A program made the translations under genes and the position numbers. Positions 9,087 to 24,146 of a stretch of 51,030 bases of DNA are shown here, piece by piece (the first letter of the stretch is position 1; each line of letters opens with the position of its first letter). This stretch comes from Neocallimastix sp. 'constans' (taxonomy: Eukaryota). The notes below the pieces were generated by a model, which did not search any database, had not been told where the DNA came from, and saw nothing but the letters and a program-made list of their open reading frames with translations. Location of the stretch: positions 434,001 to 485,030 of the forward strand of contig JBODTK010000129.1 of assembly GCA_050613775.1 (NCBI GenBank), in the 5' to 3' direction.

Positions 9087-12000
9087 ATTGATTTTAATTA
9101 ATTAAGTAAAAATTAAAAAAAGAAAAAAAGAAAAAAAAAAAAAAAAAAAACATAGAGAATGGGGTTTCATATATATATATATATTGATAAATAATATATT
9201 TAATTTAAAAATATATTGATTTTATCAATTGGAATTATCAGTAAGGAAGAAAAAAAAATGGGCATAAATAAGTTATTATTAATTTTTAATAATAATTAAT
9301 GGAAATAGAAATTGGGTTTATATATATATATATATATTACTTATATAATATTTCATTATTATATCATTATTAAATATTTTTTTTATTTCATTAATTATTA
9401 ATGAAATTTTTTTCTGTAAAAAAAAAAAAAAGTCTAAATTTTTTGAATTTTTATTTTATAGATAATAAACTTAAATAAAATTATTGAATAAATTGTACAT
9501 AAATAGAGAATTTTTAAAAAAAATAATAAATAATAGATAATAGATAATAGATAATAAAATAATAAAATAATAAAATAATAAAATAATAAAATAATTAAAT
9601 AATTAAATAATTAAATAATAAAATAATAAATAATAAATAATAAAATAATAAATAATAAAATAAAAAAAAAAAGAAAATAATTTATAAAATAATAATACTT
9701 ATAATAAAATAAATAATTTAAAAAAGTAATAAAATAAAACAAAAGAATTAGTTAATATTTGTTTTCTTGTGTCTAAAATTTTTATTAATTTTAAAATTAT
9801 ATTAATATGGTAGCAATAAAAAAGTATTGTATTAATAAATAAGTCTATTAATACTATTGTTATTATTATAATTATTATTTTATTTTTAATTTTAAAAGAA
9901 TCTAATTAATTTATATTAATTATGAAAGATTATTTTTTTTTTTTTTTTTTTTTAAATTATTTATATTTTAATTTTTATTTTAATTTATTTTGTTTTATTT
10001 TTCATGTTATATAACTTTTTTTTTTTTTTTTAATTTATTAATAATAAGTCAAAACATTTCATAAGTTAATTCGTTTTATTTGCATTTCAAATCAAAAAAA
10101 AAAAAAAAAAAATATATATATATAAATAATTATAAAATAATAAAATAAAATAAAATATAAAATAAAATAAATTTAAAATATAAATAAATTATTAGGTAGT
10201 CAATGAGCTGCTCTATCGATAAAAAAAATGAAAAAAAAATTTTTTTTTTTTTTGGGTAATTATAATAGTTTTATATTAAAAACTATAATAATAATAATTA
10301 TTATTTATTATTTATTATTTATTATTTCTATTTTGATATATATACATTAATTATGCTTTTTATAAATAATTATTTTATAATTTTATTGTTTATTTTTTAG
10401 TATAATAATTATAATTATAATTATATAATTAAAAAAAAAAAAAAAATTAAAATTATAATTATAATTATATACAATTAAAAAAAATTATACTAATTATAAT
10501 TATAATATTTATAATTAAAAAAAATTTATACTATTCAACCACTAACTTATAATTAATATATATTATTACTATTAGTATTATTGGTTGTAGTAGCCGTAGT
10601 ATTTATTGAATGAATGGACGATTACCCGACCAATTTTAATATATAATAACTAATAATAATTTATTATGAAAATGGAAAACATTAATATTTTATAACTAAT
10701 TTGATAAGAGTTAACTAAAAATCGCAATATATTGTGATATCAATGCTCATATATTAACAAATTATATATATATATAAATAATAAAGATACAAATATAAAT
10801 TTGTTGAATAGAATTATTAAAAATAAGTAATGAAAAGGAGGTAAATTTTAAAAGACTCATTAATAGATGGGTGATGAAAAGTAATTTTTCAAATTAAATT
10901 ACTTCTTTTTATTGAGTATTTATTTACTTAGGAATAAATGTTAAATGGTTATTTTGGTAAATAAATTAAAGAATAAAAAATATATATATATATTTATTCT
11001 TTCTACCTATTAATAATAAAATATGAAAAATCTATTATAATTTTTTTTTCAATAAATTATCTTTTATTGTTTTTTTTTTTTTTTTTTTTTTTTAATTTTT
11101 AATATTAGAACTTTACGTATATATATATATATATGTATAAAATAACATAAAAAAAAAATAATTAATTATAAATTAAAATGAAATATTGCGGTATTGATCA
11201 TTGCGGCTATTTATATAATATTCAAAAAAGTTTAAAAATAAAAAAAAAAAAAAATAAAATTCATGTGGTAATTTTATTTATATATATAAAAGTTACCAAA
11301 TATGGTAATAATTAATCTAAAGTTATTTTTAATAATAAAAAAAAAAAAATTTATGTAAATATTAATATTTTTATTTATTATAATATATTATTAATATTAT
11401 TGAAAAAATTTAAATGAATTTTTTATTTTATTTTATTTTATTTTTTTCAACACATAAAAATAATGACAGAAGAAGGAAAAAAAAAGTTTTTATTCTTTAT
11501 TCAATAAATATTTATATACATTTATATTTATTTTTAATTTTATTAATTTATATTTAGTTATTTACTTCTTTTTTTTTTTTTTATATTACGCTATATTAAA
11601 CTTCATTTATTGATAGAAAAATTGTTATATTTAGATAGTTAAGAAGCTTTTTTTTTTTTTTCCTTTTTTTATTTTATTGTTCATTTCAATTATTTGAATA
11701 ATCAATATTGCTATTATTTAGTCTGGAGAAAGGCTTTATCAAATATTATATATATAAGATATATACTATGACATAATATATATTAATTACTATTCTTACT
11801 AATTAAAGTTTTGAATTTAAATTTCTAAATAATTATAAATATATAAATATTTAATATAAAAGTATATCTAAAAATTTTATTATAATTTTATACTTTTATA
11901 TTATAGTATATCTAAAAATTTATTAATTTTAATTATTAATTTTAATTATTATTAATTATAATATCTTTAACTATATTCTTCTTATATCAATTATTAATTA

Positions 12001-12806
12001 TGATTAAAATTTCTTAATCATTATTATCATTAATCATTAATAGTAGAACCACATAATTAATTAAATTAGATTTAAAAATCAAATAGTTTAGTTTTAATTT
12101 ATAGATTATTAGATTAATCCTTGAATTTTATTATTTTATATATATTTACAAATATATATATAAGTTTAATTTTCAAATGAGGTGAAAGACTGATAAATAA
12201 TTATAACTATAAATAATTTTTTTATTTTTTATTAAAAAAAAAAAAAAAGTACTGGTTTAATATTTTCTAAATAAATTTTGATAACGTTGAATATATAAAA
12301 TTAAAATTTTTGATAAGAGGATATATAGATAACAATATATTAAAATGTATTAATACATATATTAAAATATATTATAATATAATATTAATTTATATTATCA
12401 AAATATTAATATAATAAATTTATAAAATTTATTTAATTTAAATTAAAAAATTTGCTTTTTTTTTTTTTTTTTTTAGGATTTTTATATTAAAAATGATATG
12501 AAAAGAAAACAAAAAAAAATTATATAAATAGGAAGAGCTTTTTCTTTTTAAAATTTAATCACTGTGATTTTAACATTTATTAAATTATTATTTCTTTTAA
12601 AAGAATAATTAAATTTTTTTTTTAAAAAAAAAGGAGAATAAAATTATCTTATATTTAATAAAATATAATATATATATAAAAGCAAAATTATTATTATTAT
12701 TATTATTATTTCTATTATTGCTACTATTTATAATTAAATAATAATTATATTTTAAATTTAAAAGTATTATTATCTTAAAAAAAATACATACATATATATA
12801 TATAAA

Positions 12807-13190
12807 ATGGCTTCTACTCGTCAATATCGTCATGCTATTCCAACCATGATGAGACTCAAAAGAGAACCTTCCTGTAAAAATATGGTTTTTAAACCACAGA
12901 CGCCATTTCCAAATGCTGAAATGGTCCTTCATAAAATAAAGAGTGAAGGTAATATGAATCCTAGTGCTCAAGATCTTGCCAATGCTTTATTCACGGAATG
13001 TAATAAATGGTTAAAAGCGAATGGTTTTAAGGAGTTTATTCCAAGTCAAGATCTTGGATGGACTTTAAAAAATGGTATTATTTCTCGTCCAGGAGCTAAA
13101 GTATGTTTTGATGCTAAATCCATTTCAAGACAACAATCTGCTCAAAGAGTTTTATCTGAAACTATTAAACATGATAATGCTCAAATATAA
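12807..13190 (+). CDS. Uncharacterised 127-aa protein, tandem paralogue 2 of 5
   Basis: Intact ORF. I count 7 nucleotide differences from copy 1 downstream of the variable N-terminus. Confidence 0.92.
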   Translation: MASTRQYRHAIPTMMRLKREPSCKNMVFKPQTPFPNAEMVLHKIKSEGNMNPSAQDLANALFTECNKWLKANGFKEFIPSQDLGWTLKNGIISRPGAKVCFDAKSISRQQSAQRVLSETIKHDNAQI

Positions 13191-13387
13191 ATTGAATGGA
13201 GGTTAATTATATAAATGAAGAAAAATAATATTACTAAAAAAAATATTATTGTTTCTTCTCCTTTTGAGGAAAATAAAAACAAAATTGGTAGATATGATGT
13301 GAAAAAAAAAATGATTGAAATGAATTTCTGGATCATGGGATATAAACTATTGTTAATTTTTTAAAATCTAATAAATGATTAAAATGA

Positions 13388-13426
<39 letters not shown>

Positions 13427-13770
13427 TATCATTATTATTATTACTTTTATATTTATTTCATAATAATAATTATTATTTTTTTTTATTATTTCATTTCATT
13501 TTATTTGTATTAATGAAATTTAGAAAAAAAATTTATTAATACTATAGAGATACATAGTAAATATTAGTATGAAATAAAAAATTTATAATTTGTATTAAAT
13601 TTATAAAAATTAAAATAAATAAATTATTAAAAAATAATTATACTAATTAGTGTTGTGTAAAAAAAAAAAATTTTTTTTTTTTTTTTTGGTATATAAATAT
13701 ACATTAAATAATTCTTAATTTAATCAATTAAAAGTAAATAGTTAAATTAAAAAATGGAGATAATAGTTGA

Positions 13771-13811
<41 letters not shown>

Positions 13812-14860
13812 GTTGTTATTTCTAAATAAACATTTTTTATATTAATTAGAAAGATATATTTAAATTAAAGATTAATTATTTTTAGTTAAATTACTTTTTT
13901 TTTTCTATCTATTCATAAAGATAGATTAATAAAATAGGTATTGTGATAAATAGGGTGGTAAAGAGAAAAAAAAAGTTTACTTTTATTTTATTTTATATAC
14001 TTGTACTTTTATATTGTTACATTCAATATTTATTTTATTTTATTTTATCTTATTTTTTTTAAAAAAAAAAGAAAATAAAAATAATATAAATATAATAGGT
14101 TTTCATGGTGTAAATGAAAAAAAAAAAAAACCATAAAGAAATGAAAAATAAATTTTAGTCATTTTTCTTTTACTATTAAGATATAATTGAAACAGTCAAA
14201 AATAACAAATGAATAAATCAATGAAAGATAAGAAAAAAAGTTTTAAAGTTTTGATAAAAATTTTTTTTTTTTTTTTTAATAAATCATAAACTAAAAATAT
14301 TTATTAATGTTTATTAATATTATATATATTTTTAATATTTATAAATATTATAAAAAAAATTTTTTTTTTTTTATTTCTATTTTTAAATTAAAAGAAACAA
14401 AAAAAATATAGATTAATTATTACCATATATGGTAATAAACTAATTTAAACATCAAAAAAAATTTTTATTAATTTGTTTATTTAATTTTTTTTTGACAGTT
14501 GACAAAAATTTTTTTTGTTAATCAATTTAAAAAATTTTTGGTAAATTTTTATATTATTAATAATTTAATTTATATTTAATAGTTAATATTTATTTTTTAT
14601 ATTTATTAATGTTTATTAGTTATATTTAATAGTTAATAATTATTTTTTATATTTCATATTTATATTTAATAATAATATAGAAATAAATTAATTTTATTTT
14701 AATATTTATTTTAATATTTATTCATTATTTTATATTTAACATTTATTCATTATTTTATTTTTTATCTTTAATTTTTTTTTTTTTTTTAATATTTATATAT
14801 TTTTATTTTATGATAAGTAAAAATGAATCATGTGTTATTATCAGTTGTATATATTTTATT

Positions 14861-14895
<35 letters not shown>

Positions 14896-16291
14896 ATTTA
14901 AAATTAATACTTTAAATTGTTATAGATTTACTCTTTATTATCTATCAACAATTGAATTGTCTTTTAAAATCTTTTATTTTTTATTTATAAAAAAAAAAGA
15001 TTTTAATAGTCTTTTTTTTTTTTTTTTATTTTGTCTATTTTATATTAATATTAATATTAATATTAATGAAAATATTAATAATAAATAAATAAAATATTAT
15101 TGGAATAAAATAAATAAATTATTATTTAAATAATGAATGAATTGCTAAATTTTATTTATTTTAAATATAAATATAAAAAGTATAATATTATATGATGAAT
15201 TTGATGAATATTATGAATATTAAAAGTTATTTTTATATATATATTTTGGTAGGATTTATTTTAATATAATTATTATTATTATTATTTTTACCTTTCGATA
15301 ATATTATATATTTATATGAATTGCAAATTTTTAAAAAAGTAGAAAATTTTCCTTCTTATTTTTTTTTTTATTAGTTTTATTTTATAATATTAATATAATA
15401 TAATATAATATTTTTTGAATATTTGTTTTTTGGTTAATAATCATTAAAGACTATTTTATTTCACTTGAATATTCTATCGGTACTTGAGAATTCTTAATGA
15501 TTTTATTTGTGAATTAGCATTTTTAAGAAATTTTATTTTAATAATAAAATAAAAAAAAAAAAAAAAAATAAAACATGATTTTAAAAAAAAATAATTATAA
15601 TCAGATATAAAAAAAATTACTTATTTACTTATATAATAAATAATAATAATAAAAATTCAAACCACAAAAAATTAAACTAAAATATGTTGAATATATTTTG
15701 ATAATCAGTTAAGGATTGCATTTTTTATTTAAAAAAAATAATAAAAAAATAAAAATAAATTTGATAATTTTATTTTGAATATTAATAGTCAAAATAGATT
15801 ATTATTATTTTATTAATTATTTTATTATTATTAAATTATTTTATTAATATTAAATTATTTTATTATTAGTATTATTTATTTATTTATTTATTCATTCATT
15901 TATTTTAAAAAATTGATAACAAAAAATTTTATATCATTTTTTTGATAAGAAATAATTAAAATTAAATATATTAAATTAAAAAAGGAGTATATATTAATTT
16001 ATATTATAATATATTCATTTCAAGTATTATGAGGAATAACTTTTCAATAATAAAAAGACAATTAAAAAAACGAATTAAATCCAAAAAAACATCATTAATT
16101 AATTAAAGAAAAACATTATTTTATATAAATTATATATAAATTATATTTTATAAATTATATAAAAATAATAATAATAGTTATATAAAAATAATAATAATAA
16201 TAGTTACATAAAAATAATGAAAAAAAAATTTATATATAAATAACAAGTTTTTTCCTTTTGGTATACGAATAAAATTAATAAAAAATATTTA

Positions 16292-16323
<32 letters not shown>

Positions 16324-16569
16324 TTAAAAACATTCTTTTATGTAAAGAAGAACAATTGAAATAAAATTTTATATACTATTTAAAAAATAAAAGATAATTA
16401 ATTAATAAAAAAAAATTAATATATCACATTAAAGAAATTGAATTTTTTTTTTTTATTTTATTAGTTTAAAAAAAAAATTAAAAGTTTTTGATACAAGAAA
16501 AAAAAAATTATATATAATCTAGTTAAAAAAAAAAAAAAACCAATAATAATTATAATAATAGTAATAAAA

Positions 16570-16962
16570 ATGTCTGCTACAACCGCTACCCGTCAATATC
16601 GCCATGCTATTCCAACCATGATGCGTCTTAAAAGAGAACCCTCTTTTAAGAATGTTGCTTTTAGACCTCAGACTCCATTTCCTAATGCAGAAATTGTTCT
16701 TCAAAAAATAAAGAGTGAAGGTAATATGAATCCAAGTCCTCAAGATCTTGCTAAAGCCTTATTCATTGAATGTAATAAATGGTTAAAAGCGAATGGTTTT
16801 AAAGAATTTGTACCAAGTCAAAATCTTGGATGGACTTTAAAAGATGGAGTGATTTCTCGTCCAGGAGCTAAAGTTTGTTTTGACGCCAAATCCATTTCAA
16901 GACAACAGTCTGCTCATAGAGTTTTATCGGAGACCATTAAACATGATGGAGCTCAAATATAA
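16570..16962 (+). CDS. Uncharacterised 130-aa protein, tandem paralogue 3 of 5
   Basis: Intact ORF with the same core (RQYRHAIPTMMRLKR...PQTPFP...KIKSEGNMNPS...ECNKWLK...LGWTLK...SRPGAKVCFDA). Confidence 0.92.
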   Translation: MSATTATRQYRHAIPTMMRLKREPSFKNVAFRPQTPFPNAEIVLQKIKSEGNMNPSPQDLAKALFIECNKWLKANGFKEFVPSQNLGWTLKDGVISRPGAKVCFDAKSISRQQSAHRVLSETIKHDGAQI

Positions 16963-17964
16963 AAAAAAAAATAATCCACATAAATAATAAAAAAATCAAA
17001 AAAAAAAAGAATAATTATAATATTTATTTATTAGTTTAAATAAATTTTATCCTTTTTTTTTTTTTTTTTTTTTTATAAATTCGCAAAAAGGTTGCAAAAA
17101 CTATTAAAAAATCGCAAAGGCTAAGAAAAGGTTGTTTTACTTTCTATTAATATTTGGGAAACTATCGAAAGTATTAATTATAAATAATTATAATAAATAA
17201 TATTAAATACTAGAAAGAAATTCTCAATGGGAAAAGGAATGGAATAATGAATATAAAAAAAAATTTTTTTTTTTTATGCCATTAGACCTTTTTTTTTTTT
17301 TTTTTTTTTATTATTATTTTTTTTTTATAAAAAAAAATTTTTTTTTGTATATAAATTTTTTATAAATATTATTCATAGAATCATTTTTTTTTATTATTAA
17401 ATAAATGCAGTAATAAGAAAAAAAATTTTTTTTTAAACGTTGTAGTAATAAAATTTTTGATATTGTAATTAATGAAAAACAAATAGATGTATCTAACTCT
17501 TCAAATGATAGAGTTAATATTTTTTTTTTTAAATTTATCTTTGAAATAAAAAAAAAATTATTTTTTTTGTGTAAATAAATAAAATAAAATAAAATAAAAT
17601 AAAATAAAATTAAATATGTATATATATATTATATTGATTATAATTTTTTTTTTTTTGTGTATCTATGTAAAAATATTTCATTTACCTACATATTATTATT
17701 GTTATTAATAGTTTTAAATAGATCAAAATATTAAAATACTCAATATTTAAATAGGTTTTTTTTTTTAAAGTAAAAGTTAAAAATAAATAGATAGAAAAAT
17801 CAATTATAATAATAATAGTATATTGATTTGGATAATATGTTCGATATTGATAGTTATTATTTTATATTATTATATATAATATTAATTAGTATTATGGTCC
17901 ATCATAATTAGTATACGTTCACACTATAGTTATATATAAATACAATACTACTATTGCTATTAGA

Positions 17965-18560
17965 ATAGGTAGAGTTTCAGAAGATTGTTTCAAGATTTGC
18001 CCCTGCTGTGGTGATGATAATCAATCTTTTGAACATTGAATTTTTAAACGCGATGCTCTTGCATCTTTTAGATGGAATTCTTTAAATTTCATCGATGACC
18101 TCTATGTTTTTTTTTTTGTTCGCTAGGAAGATTAGAGTGCTAAATCATTTTTCTTCCGATGACTCAATCTCTAATTTTGATGATTATATCAATCATTATG
18201 TATACTTGTTTCTTCTTGGTGGAACTTTAGTTTTAAATGAGCAACATTTCGATAGTGGGGAATGGGGATGTTTTATTTAGGAACCAAATCATTTCTGGTG
18301 GTTATTCTAAAACGCCATTCTTGGTGGGATCTACAGCCCTCTTTTACAGAAATTACGCCTAGGGCTAGTACTCGACAAGGGTTGCTATTCCAACAGGTAT
18401 AAGGGCAAATTAATCAAGGAGCGTCAATGCTAAAAATATAGAAAGACAGGCTAGCATGGCCAATGCCTCTGAAGGAGAAGATCATAATTTCTTTCACCGG
18501 TAGTCAATTCAAATCCTAATCCAGAATAAGTAATCTGGAAGTGAGGTTCATTGCCTATGA
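17965..18560 (+). mobile_element. Decayed 3'-terminal fragment of a LINE (non-LTR retrotransposon)
   Basis: GC-elevated island. It translates in part as PCCGDDNQSFEH*IFKR, a degenerate CxxC-x7-H-x4-C knuckle typical of LINE ORF2 C-termini, followed by YLFLLGG. Stops and frameshifts are present and boundaries are approximate. Confidence 0.65.
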
Positions 18561-18663
18561 ACTTTTTTTTTTTCTGAATTTATTTATACATTTTATTTCA
18601 TATTACTATTTTAAATATTATTATGCTCTAGTTGGACAAATAATATTTATTTTTTTTTATTGT

Positions 18664-18709
<46 letters not shown>

Positions 18710-19167
18710 TAAAATATTCATGTAATTAATAAATGAATAATTAAATAAAGATTAGAGTTTGTAATAATTGCTGCTGTAGAAAGAAAAAATCAAAATAATC
18801 ATGAAATAATTGCTATATAAGTATAAAAAAGAAGGGAGAGAGAAGATAAAATAGATTAGAAATAAAATAATAATCATGTAGCTAATAGATTGAATCAGAA
18901 AAATTAAAAATTAAAATAAAAAATAAAAAATTAAATTAAATTAAATTAAGTTAAATTATTGGTGACATATTTTGACATTAAGTTTTTTTTTATTTATTTA
19001 TTTTAATTTTTATTTTTAGGTTTAAAGATTTATATCAAATTATTTTAGTAATATTAATAAACAATATTTAATAGGATATCTACATATTTCAAAGAAATTT
19101 ATGAAATTAAGATACCTTTTTTTTTTTTTTTTTTGTTATTGTTATTATTATTGTTGTTATTGTTATT

Positions 19168-19204
<37 letters not shown>

Positions 19205-19578
19205 TAAAAATTTAATAAAAAAAAAAAAGATATATCTTATTTCTATATAATATTAAAAAAAAATCATTTATTCGTACATATACATTTATATTTTTTATTC
19301 AATTATCCTTTTTTCTATATTAGTATCTTTGAATGAATTCTATATAAAGAAATTAATAAATAGCTAAAGTAACATCGGCTTTAAATGTCATAGTAACATA
19401 ATTAATGATAATATCACATTTAATTATGTAACTAGTTTTTTTATTATTTTATTTTTTTTATTTTATTTAAATTTTTAAATTATAATAATTAATTTATTAA
19501 AAAGATATTTTCATCTCTTCTTATCTGTATTGCACAGTTTCTAAATATAGTAATAGGTAAAAAATTAATTATATATGA

Positions 19579-19610
<32 letters not shown>

Positions 19611-21066
19611 TTTTCTGTATTTGTATTATTTTGATTTAATAAATTAATTATCAATTTAAATTAATTTACTTGTTATCAATTTTCACATAAAACCCTACAA
19701 ATTTTTAAAATTTGTAAAATATTTTAATAATTCCTTTAAAAATATATATATATTTTTTCCATTTTATAATTAATTAATTATTAAATTCTAATTATGATCA
19801 TATATAATATATTTAATTATTTTTATATTTTATATCGATTTATAAAAGTCCTAATATTAAAAATAATAAAAAAATTATTATTATTATTATTATTATTATG
19901 ATTTTATAAATTTAATTAGTCAATTTACATTCTTTTTTTCTACTTAAACTTTTTTTTTTCCTAAGAAGTAATTATCTATTAGTAATAAAATCTAATCTTA
20001 ACATTCATAATAAAATAATTACAATTAATTTCTAATATTATATATAATAATAATTTATAAAATAATATTTATATGTCTATAAACATTTATATATATATTT
20101 TTTTCTCTTTTTTTAAAAATAAAAACTTTTTGATGACTTTTTGAAATATGAATTTTAAGTGTAACTATAAATTTTATAAATATTTTATAGATTAAATCGA
20201 TCATTTTATAAATTAAAATATGAATGGATAATCCATTTTGAAAAAAAATAAAAATAAAAATAAAAATAATTTAATTATTTTTTTAGATTTTGATAAAAAA
20301 AAATTATTTATATTCTATTCTATATTATATTATATTATATTATATTATATTATATTATATTATATTATATTATATTATATTAATTTATTTTAATTTTAAA
20401 AAAAATTAATTGATAATAATAATAAAAAAAGTCAAAATTTAAATTTGAAAATGTTATTATTATTATTATTATTATTATTAATCTATTTATTTATTTTTTG
20501 ATAAAATTTAATTTAAATTCAATCCTAATAAAAAAAAAAGTTTGATTAACTAATTTATCAAATTTATTTATTTATATTTAATAATATTTATTTATATTTA
20601 ATTATATGTATTTATTTATATTTAATAATATTTATTTATTTATATTTATATTTAATAATATTTATCTATCGAAAATTCAAAAAAAAAAAATTATAAAATT
20701 AAAGTTTGGAAAATGAAGATATTTCCTAGAAATAACAAAAACAATAATACCATAAATTAAAAAAAAAAATATGAATAACAATAATTTTTTTTTTTAATAT
20801 TATTATGTGATAATTTTTTTTAAGATAATAAAAAGATAAAAAAAAAACATATAAATATGAATAAAATCTTTTTAAAAAGTTTTTTTTCTCATTTATTATT
20901 AAATATAATTTTAAAAAATATTTTTTTATATAAAGTTTAACATAAAACAAAAAATAATAAAAATAATAATATTTTATTATATTTTTATTAATTGTAACAA
21001 AATCATATTTATTTTTTTTAAATATTTATAATTTAATTTATTTTTATATATTTATATATAAAAAAA

Positions 21067-21459
21067 ATGTCTGCTACTACCGCTACTCGCCAATATCGTC
21101 ATGCTATTCCAACCATGATGCGTCTCAAAAGAGTATCCTCTTTAAAAAATGATGTCATAAAACCTCAGACTCCATTCCCTAGTGCTGAAATGGTTCTTCA
21201 AAAAATTAAAAGTGAAGGTAATATGAATCCAAGTACTCAGGACCTTGCTAATGCCTTATTCATTGAATGTAATAAATGGTTAAAAGAGAATGGTTATAAA
21301 GAATTTATACCAAGTCAAAATCTTGGATGGACTTTAAAGGATGGCGTAATTTCTCGTCCAGGAGCTAAAGTTTGTTTTGATGCAAAATGTATTTTAAGAC
21401 AACAATCAGCACATAAAACTTTATCCGAAACTATTAAACATGATAATGTTCAAATTTAA
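21067..21459 (+). CDS. Uncharacterised 130-aa protein, tandem paralogue 4 of 5 (most divergent)
   Basis: Intact ORF with the same core and private changes (RVSSLKNDVIK, KCILRQQ). Confidence 0.92.
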   Translation: MSATTATRQYRHAIPTMMRLKRVSSLKNDVIKPQTPFPSAEMVLQKIKSEGNMNPSTQDLANALFIECNKWLKENGYKEFIPSQNLGWTLKDGVISRPGAKVCFDAKCILRQQSAHKTLSETIKHDNVQI

Positions 21460-22233
21460 ATAAAAAAAAAAAAAAAGAAAATATTTATTTTATCTTTTTT
21501 TTTATTAATAAATTTTAATGAAAGATAAAATGAAAGATAAAATGAAATATAAATGATAAAAAATAAAAAAAGAATAATTTTTATATATTATTATAAAATG
21601 GTGTTATAATAATATTGTTGGTTGAATAAGTAAAAAATATTTTGAAAAGAAAATTTTTTAAAATTTCATTAATATTAAGGAATTAATGAAAAAAAAATTT
21701 TTTTTTTTTTTCAAATAAGAATTCAAAATGATAATAAAGATAAAACAAAACAAAAACAAAATATAAAATCCCACAAGATAAGAAAAAAAATATTTACAGA
21801 TGATTTGATAAAAATAGAATTAAATATAAAGTGAAAATAATAATTATAATAATCTAAAAAAAAAATTATTAACAATAAATTAAATAAAAAATAAAATAGA
21901 AAAATATCTATCTAAATATAAAGTAAATATCTTTTCTGTTTTATAATATAATATGATAAACATTCCTTTTAAAGCAAATAAAAAAAAAGAATAGTATAAA
22001 AAAATTTAATTGTTATAGAAGAATAAAAACCAAAAGGAAATGAATAACGTATAAATAAAAGAAATTAAAGTAAAATAAGTTATTAAAAAAAAAAAAAAAA
22101 AAATAAAAGTAACGAAGTGTTATTAAAATAAATTAATTGTAAATAAATAAATTAATAAATAAATAAATTAATAAATAAATAAATTAATAAATAATAAATA
22201 AATAAATAAATAAATAAATAAATTAATAAATAA

Positions 22234-22264
<31 letters not shown>

Positions 22265-23078
22265 AAATTTAGATTTAAAAAAAAAAAGATAATTTTCAAA
22301 TAAGAAAGAGATTAATTATTATTGAAGCATAAGGATTCAATATTAAGTAAAATCAATTTATTGTAAGTCATCATTGGTAATATATTAATATAATATTTAT
22401 TATTTATTTTGTTTTGTTTTAATTAGTTAATGAATATATATTATATATATACCCATATATACATTTTATAATTTTTTTTTTATCTTTTTGAAATTTTTAG
22501 TGGATAAATAGAGTTATCAAAAAATAAAAAAAATAATAAAAAAAATAAAAAATATATAAAAAATATAAATATTTATATATATATTTTTATATTTATATTT
22601 AGATATTCTATTTGAAAATACATTTTTGATGTTGTTTTTAACGGCTCATAGACTTAAATAATACATTATATGAAATATATATTATATATTTTTTAATGAT
22701 ATTATAACATATTTAAAAATTAGGATTATTTTTTATTAATAGAATAAAATTTCAATGAATAAAAATATATATAATAAAGAACATATATATATATATATAT
22801 ATAGTTATTGTTTTTTTCTTTTTCTTAACTTTTTTGATATGTTTTTTTTTTTTTTTTTTTTTTTAGCTTATTATAAAAAGTTATTTAAGATATTAATTCT
22901 ATATTATATTTGATTAAATTTTATTAACTATATCATTTACTTATTTTAGATAATAATATTAATTATTTATTAATATATTAAAAAACAAAAAAAAAAAAAA
23001 AATATCAAATATCTTAATTATTTTCAGTGTAAAATACATTGATTAATATTATTATTTATGAAAAGGTTTTAAATTTAC

Positions 23079-23116
<38 letters not shown>

Positions 23117-24146
23117 TTATTTAATCATTAAATTATTCTTTTAGAAAAATATTATTAATAAGTTAGATAATGATTAATACTTAAATATCAACCACAGAAA
23201 AATTGAATTCCCCGATTTTTCAATTTATATTTTTTTAATTTTTTCATAAATTATAAAAAAACCGACTGAAAAAAATAAATAAATAAAAATACAATAAATA
23301 AATAAATAAATACAAATAAATAAATAAATAAAAATAAATAAATAAGAATAAATAAATAAATAAATAAAAATAAAATATTAAATAAAAATATTAAATAAAA
23401 TATTAAATATTAAATGTAAAATATTAAATATATATAGAAATATAATATATATATTATTTATTTTTTAATGATAATTATTTATTAATTGATAACATAAAAA
23501 AACAGAAAAAAAAATTATATTTTTTTTATTTTATGATAAAAACGAACAAAAAAATTTTTAATATAAATTTGTATTAACCAATATCTAATATATTATAATA
23601 ATAAATTCTTATTTTCTTATCAAAAAAAAAAAAAAAAAAAGAAAAAAAATTTTTTTTTGATAAAATATTATTTTTGGATCAAAATCATTATTAAAAGATA
23701 TTTTATTTAGAGAGAGAGAGAAAAAAGAAATATATATATAGGTGTCAAAGTTTTAAATTCTTTTAATCCATTTTTATGACCTTACAGGCATTTTATTAAA
23801 TAATAAAATTGAATATTTATATATATTATTATTATTTTTTTTAAAAAAAAATAAATAATATAAAAATAATTAAAAGAATAAATTATTTAATAAATTCTTT
23901 ATAAAAATAAAATAATAGTAATAATAATAATAATAATAATATTAATAGAAATAATAATAATAAAAATAAAAAAAAAATAAAAAAAAATAAAAATAAATAA
24001 AAAAAAAAAAAAAGAGAAGGGAAAAAAAAATAGATAAAACAATATAATATATATATAAATATTTGATTTTATTATTATATATAAAGTTTTTAATTATAAA
24101 ATAAAGTTAAGAATTTTTTTTTATTTTATTAAAAGTTAAAAAAAAA

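Noticed and set aside
12609..16743. Antisense ORFs 12609..12971 and 16519..16743 overlapping the paralogues
   Set aside because: Their similarity is forced by the sense-strand gene, and they run into unrelated low-complexity flanks.
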